The position numbers and the translations under genes are program-made. From assembly GCA_013607665.1 (NCBI GenBank), contig VCAX01000001.1, positions 396 to 64,395 on the forward strand: 64,000 nucleotides of DNA. The letters are read 5' to 3'. Origin of the DNA: Campylobacterota bacterium (GTDB lineage: Bacteria > Campylobacterota > Campylobacteria > Campylobacterales > Sulfurimonadaceae). The notes under the pieces are model-generated. The model made no database searches. It worked only from the letters and a program-made list of their open reading frames with translations, and had not been told where the DNA came from. This document shows positions 63,225 to 64,000 of the stretch, one piece after another (positions within the stretch are counted from its first letter, which is position 1; each line of letters begins with the position of its first letter).

Positions 63225-63988
63225 TAGTCAAACTGACTCACACGATCTGCTGGAGCCAAATATGCAAGCAGCTTGGCTCCAAGAACTCGAGGAGCATCTC
63301 CTGATTGGATGGACATGATACCTTCAAGTATCATCTGTTTTACCATTGTCTCTTCATCATTTCTAACATTTAAAATATTTGCAATCGGCGCACCAAAGAT
63401 ATTACCGATCATTGCACCATACATCGTTGTCAGCAAAGCAACCGCCATTGATGGACCAATTGCTGAAGGGTCTGCCATATTTAAAAGCATCGCAACCAGA
63501 CCGATAAGTGTACCGATCATACCCATAGCTCCGGCAAGTCCTGCCCACTGACTAAAGATAGAGCCATGCACTTTATGACGCGTGCTTGTCTGTTCCATCT
63601 CTATCTCTAAAAGCTCACGGATAGTATCTGGTTCATTGTCGTCAATCGCCATAGAGAGCCCTTTTTTCAAAAACTCATTTTCTTCATTGTTCACTTCACT
63701 CTCTAATGCGAGAATGCCGTCTTTTCTTGCTTTTGTCGCGAACTCTACAAGTTTTTTAATGAGCTCTGCTGTATCTTCTTCACCCGGCTTAATAGCCTTC
63801 ATAAAGATTTTTGTAAACTGTTTCATTTGAGAAGGTTTAAATGAAACCATTAAGGCACCGATACTACCACCGATAACGATAAGCACTGATGGAATATCGA
63901 TGTACGCACCGATACCAACACCCATAACCATAGCACCCAAAAGAAGCGCCATAATCAAAACAATACCAATGACCGTACCTAAATCCAT
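63224..63988 (-). CDS. motA: Flagellar motor stator protein A
   Basis: ARKDGILALE, GMIGTLIGLV, IGPSMAVALLTT. Confidence 0.95.
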   Translation of the reverse strand: MDLGTVIGIVLIMALLLGAMVMGVGIGAYIDIPSVLIVIGGSIGALMVSFKPSQMKQFTKIFMKAIKPGEEDTAELIKKLVEFATKARKDGILALESEVNNEENEFLKKGLSMAIDDNEPDTIRELLEIEMEQTSTRHKVHGSIFSQWAGLAGAMGMIGTLIGLVAMLLNMADPSAIGPSMAVALLTTMYGAMIGNIFGAPIANILNVRNDEETMVKQMILEGIMSIQSGDAPRVLGAKLLAYLAPADRVSQFD

Positions 63989-64000
63989 TTAATTACCTTG

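Overview
Chromosomal window from an AT-rich Campylobacterota bacterium, most like Sulfurimonas. The gene order aroB-mscS-mtaB-ftsH-like-bioV, hemL-cytc-folD-lepB and flgF-flgG/rpoD, and a CCG-type Sdh/Frd, point that way. Most genes are housekeeping: nadK, aspS, two adk, thiI, dapD, trmL, purU, leuBD, flgFG, rpoD, hemL, folD, lepB, rpiB, apt, trpB, pepA, metE, ychF, psd, truD, thiL, sdhAB plus a CCG subunit, xth, mog, bioV, mtaB, aroB, trmA, fliP and motAB. One complete IS5-family element (5901-7109) has terminal inverted repeats and an AATT target duplication. No rRNA, tRNA or CRISPR array was recognised. Notable points: (1) signs of ongoing genome erosion, namely three deletion-fusion scars, several frameshifts, all three GGDEF genes damaged, and repeated G>A-type changes at normally conserved residues; (2) a solitary CI/LexA-like S24 repressor facing an unannotated 27-aa peptide across a repeated operator-like motif; (3) a Cys/His-rich leader ORF in front of metE; (4) a small-membrane-protein + DUF6166-HTH + RHH module; (5) a secreted protein with Met-core heptad repeats. 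All family assignments come from motif recognition, not from database searches.
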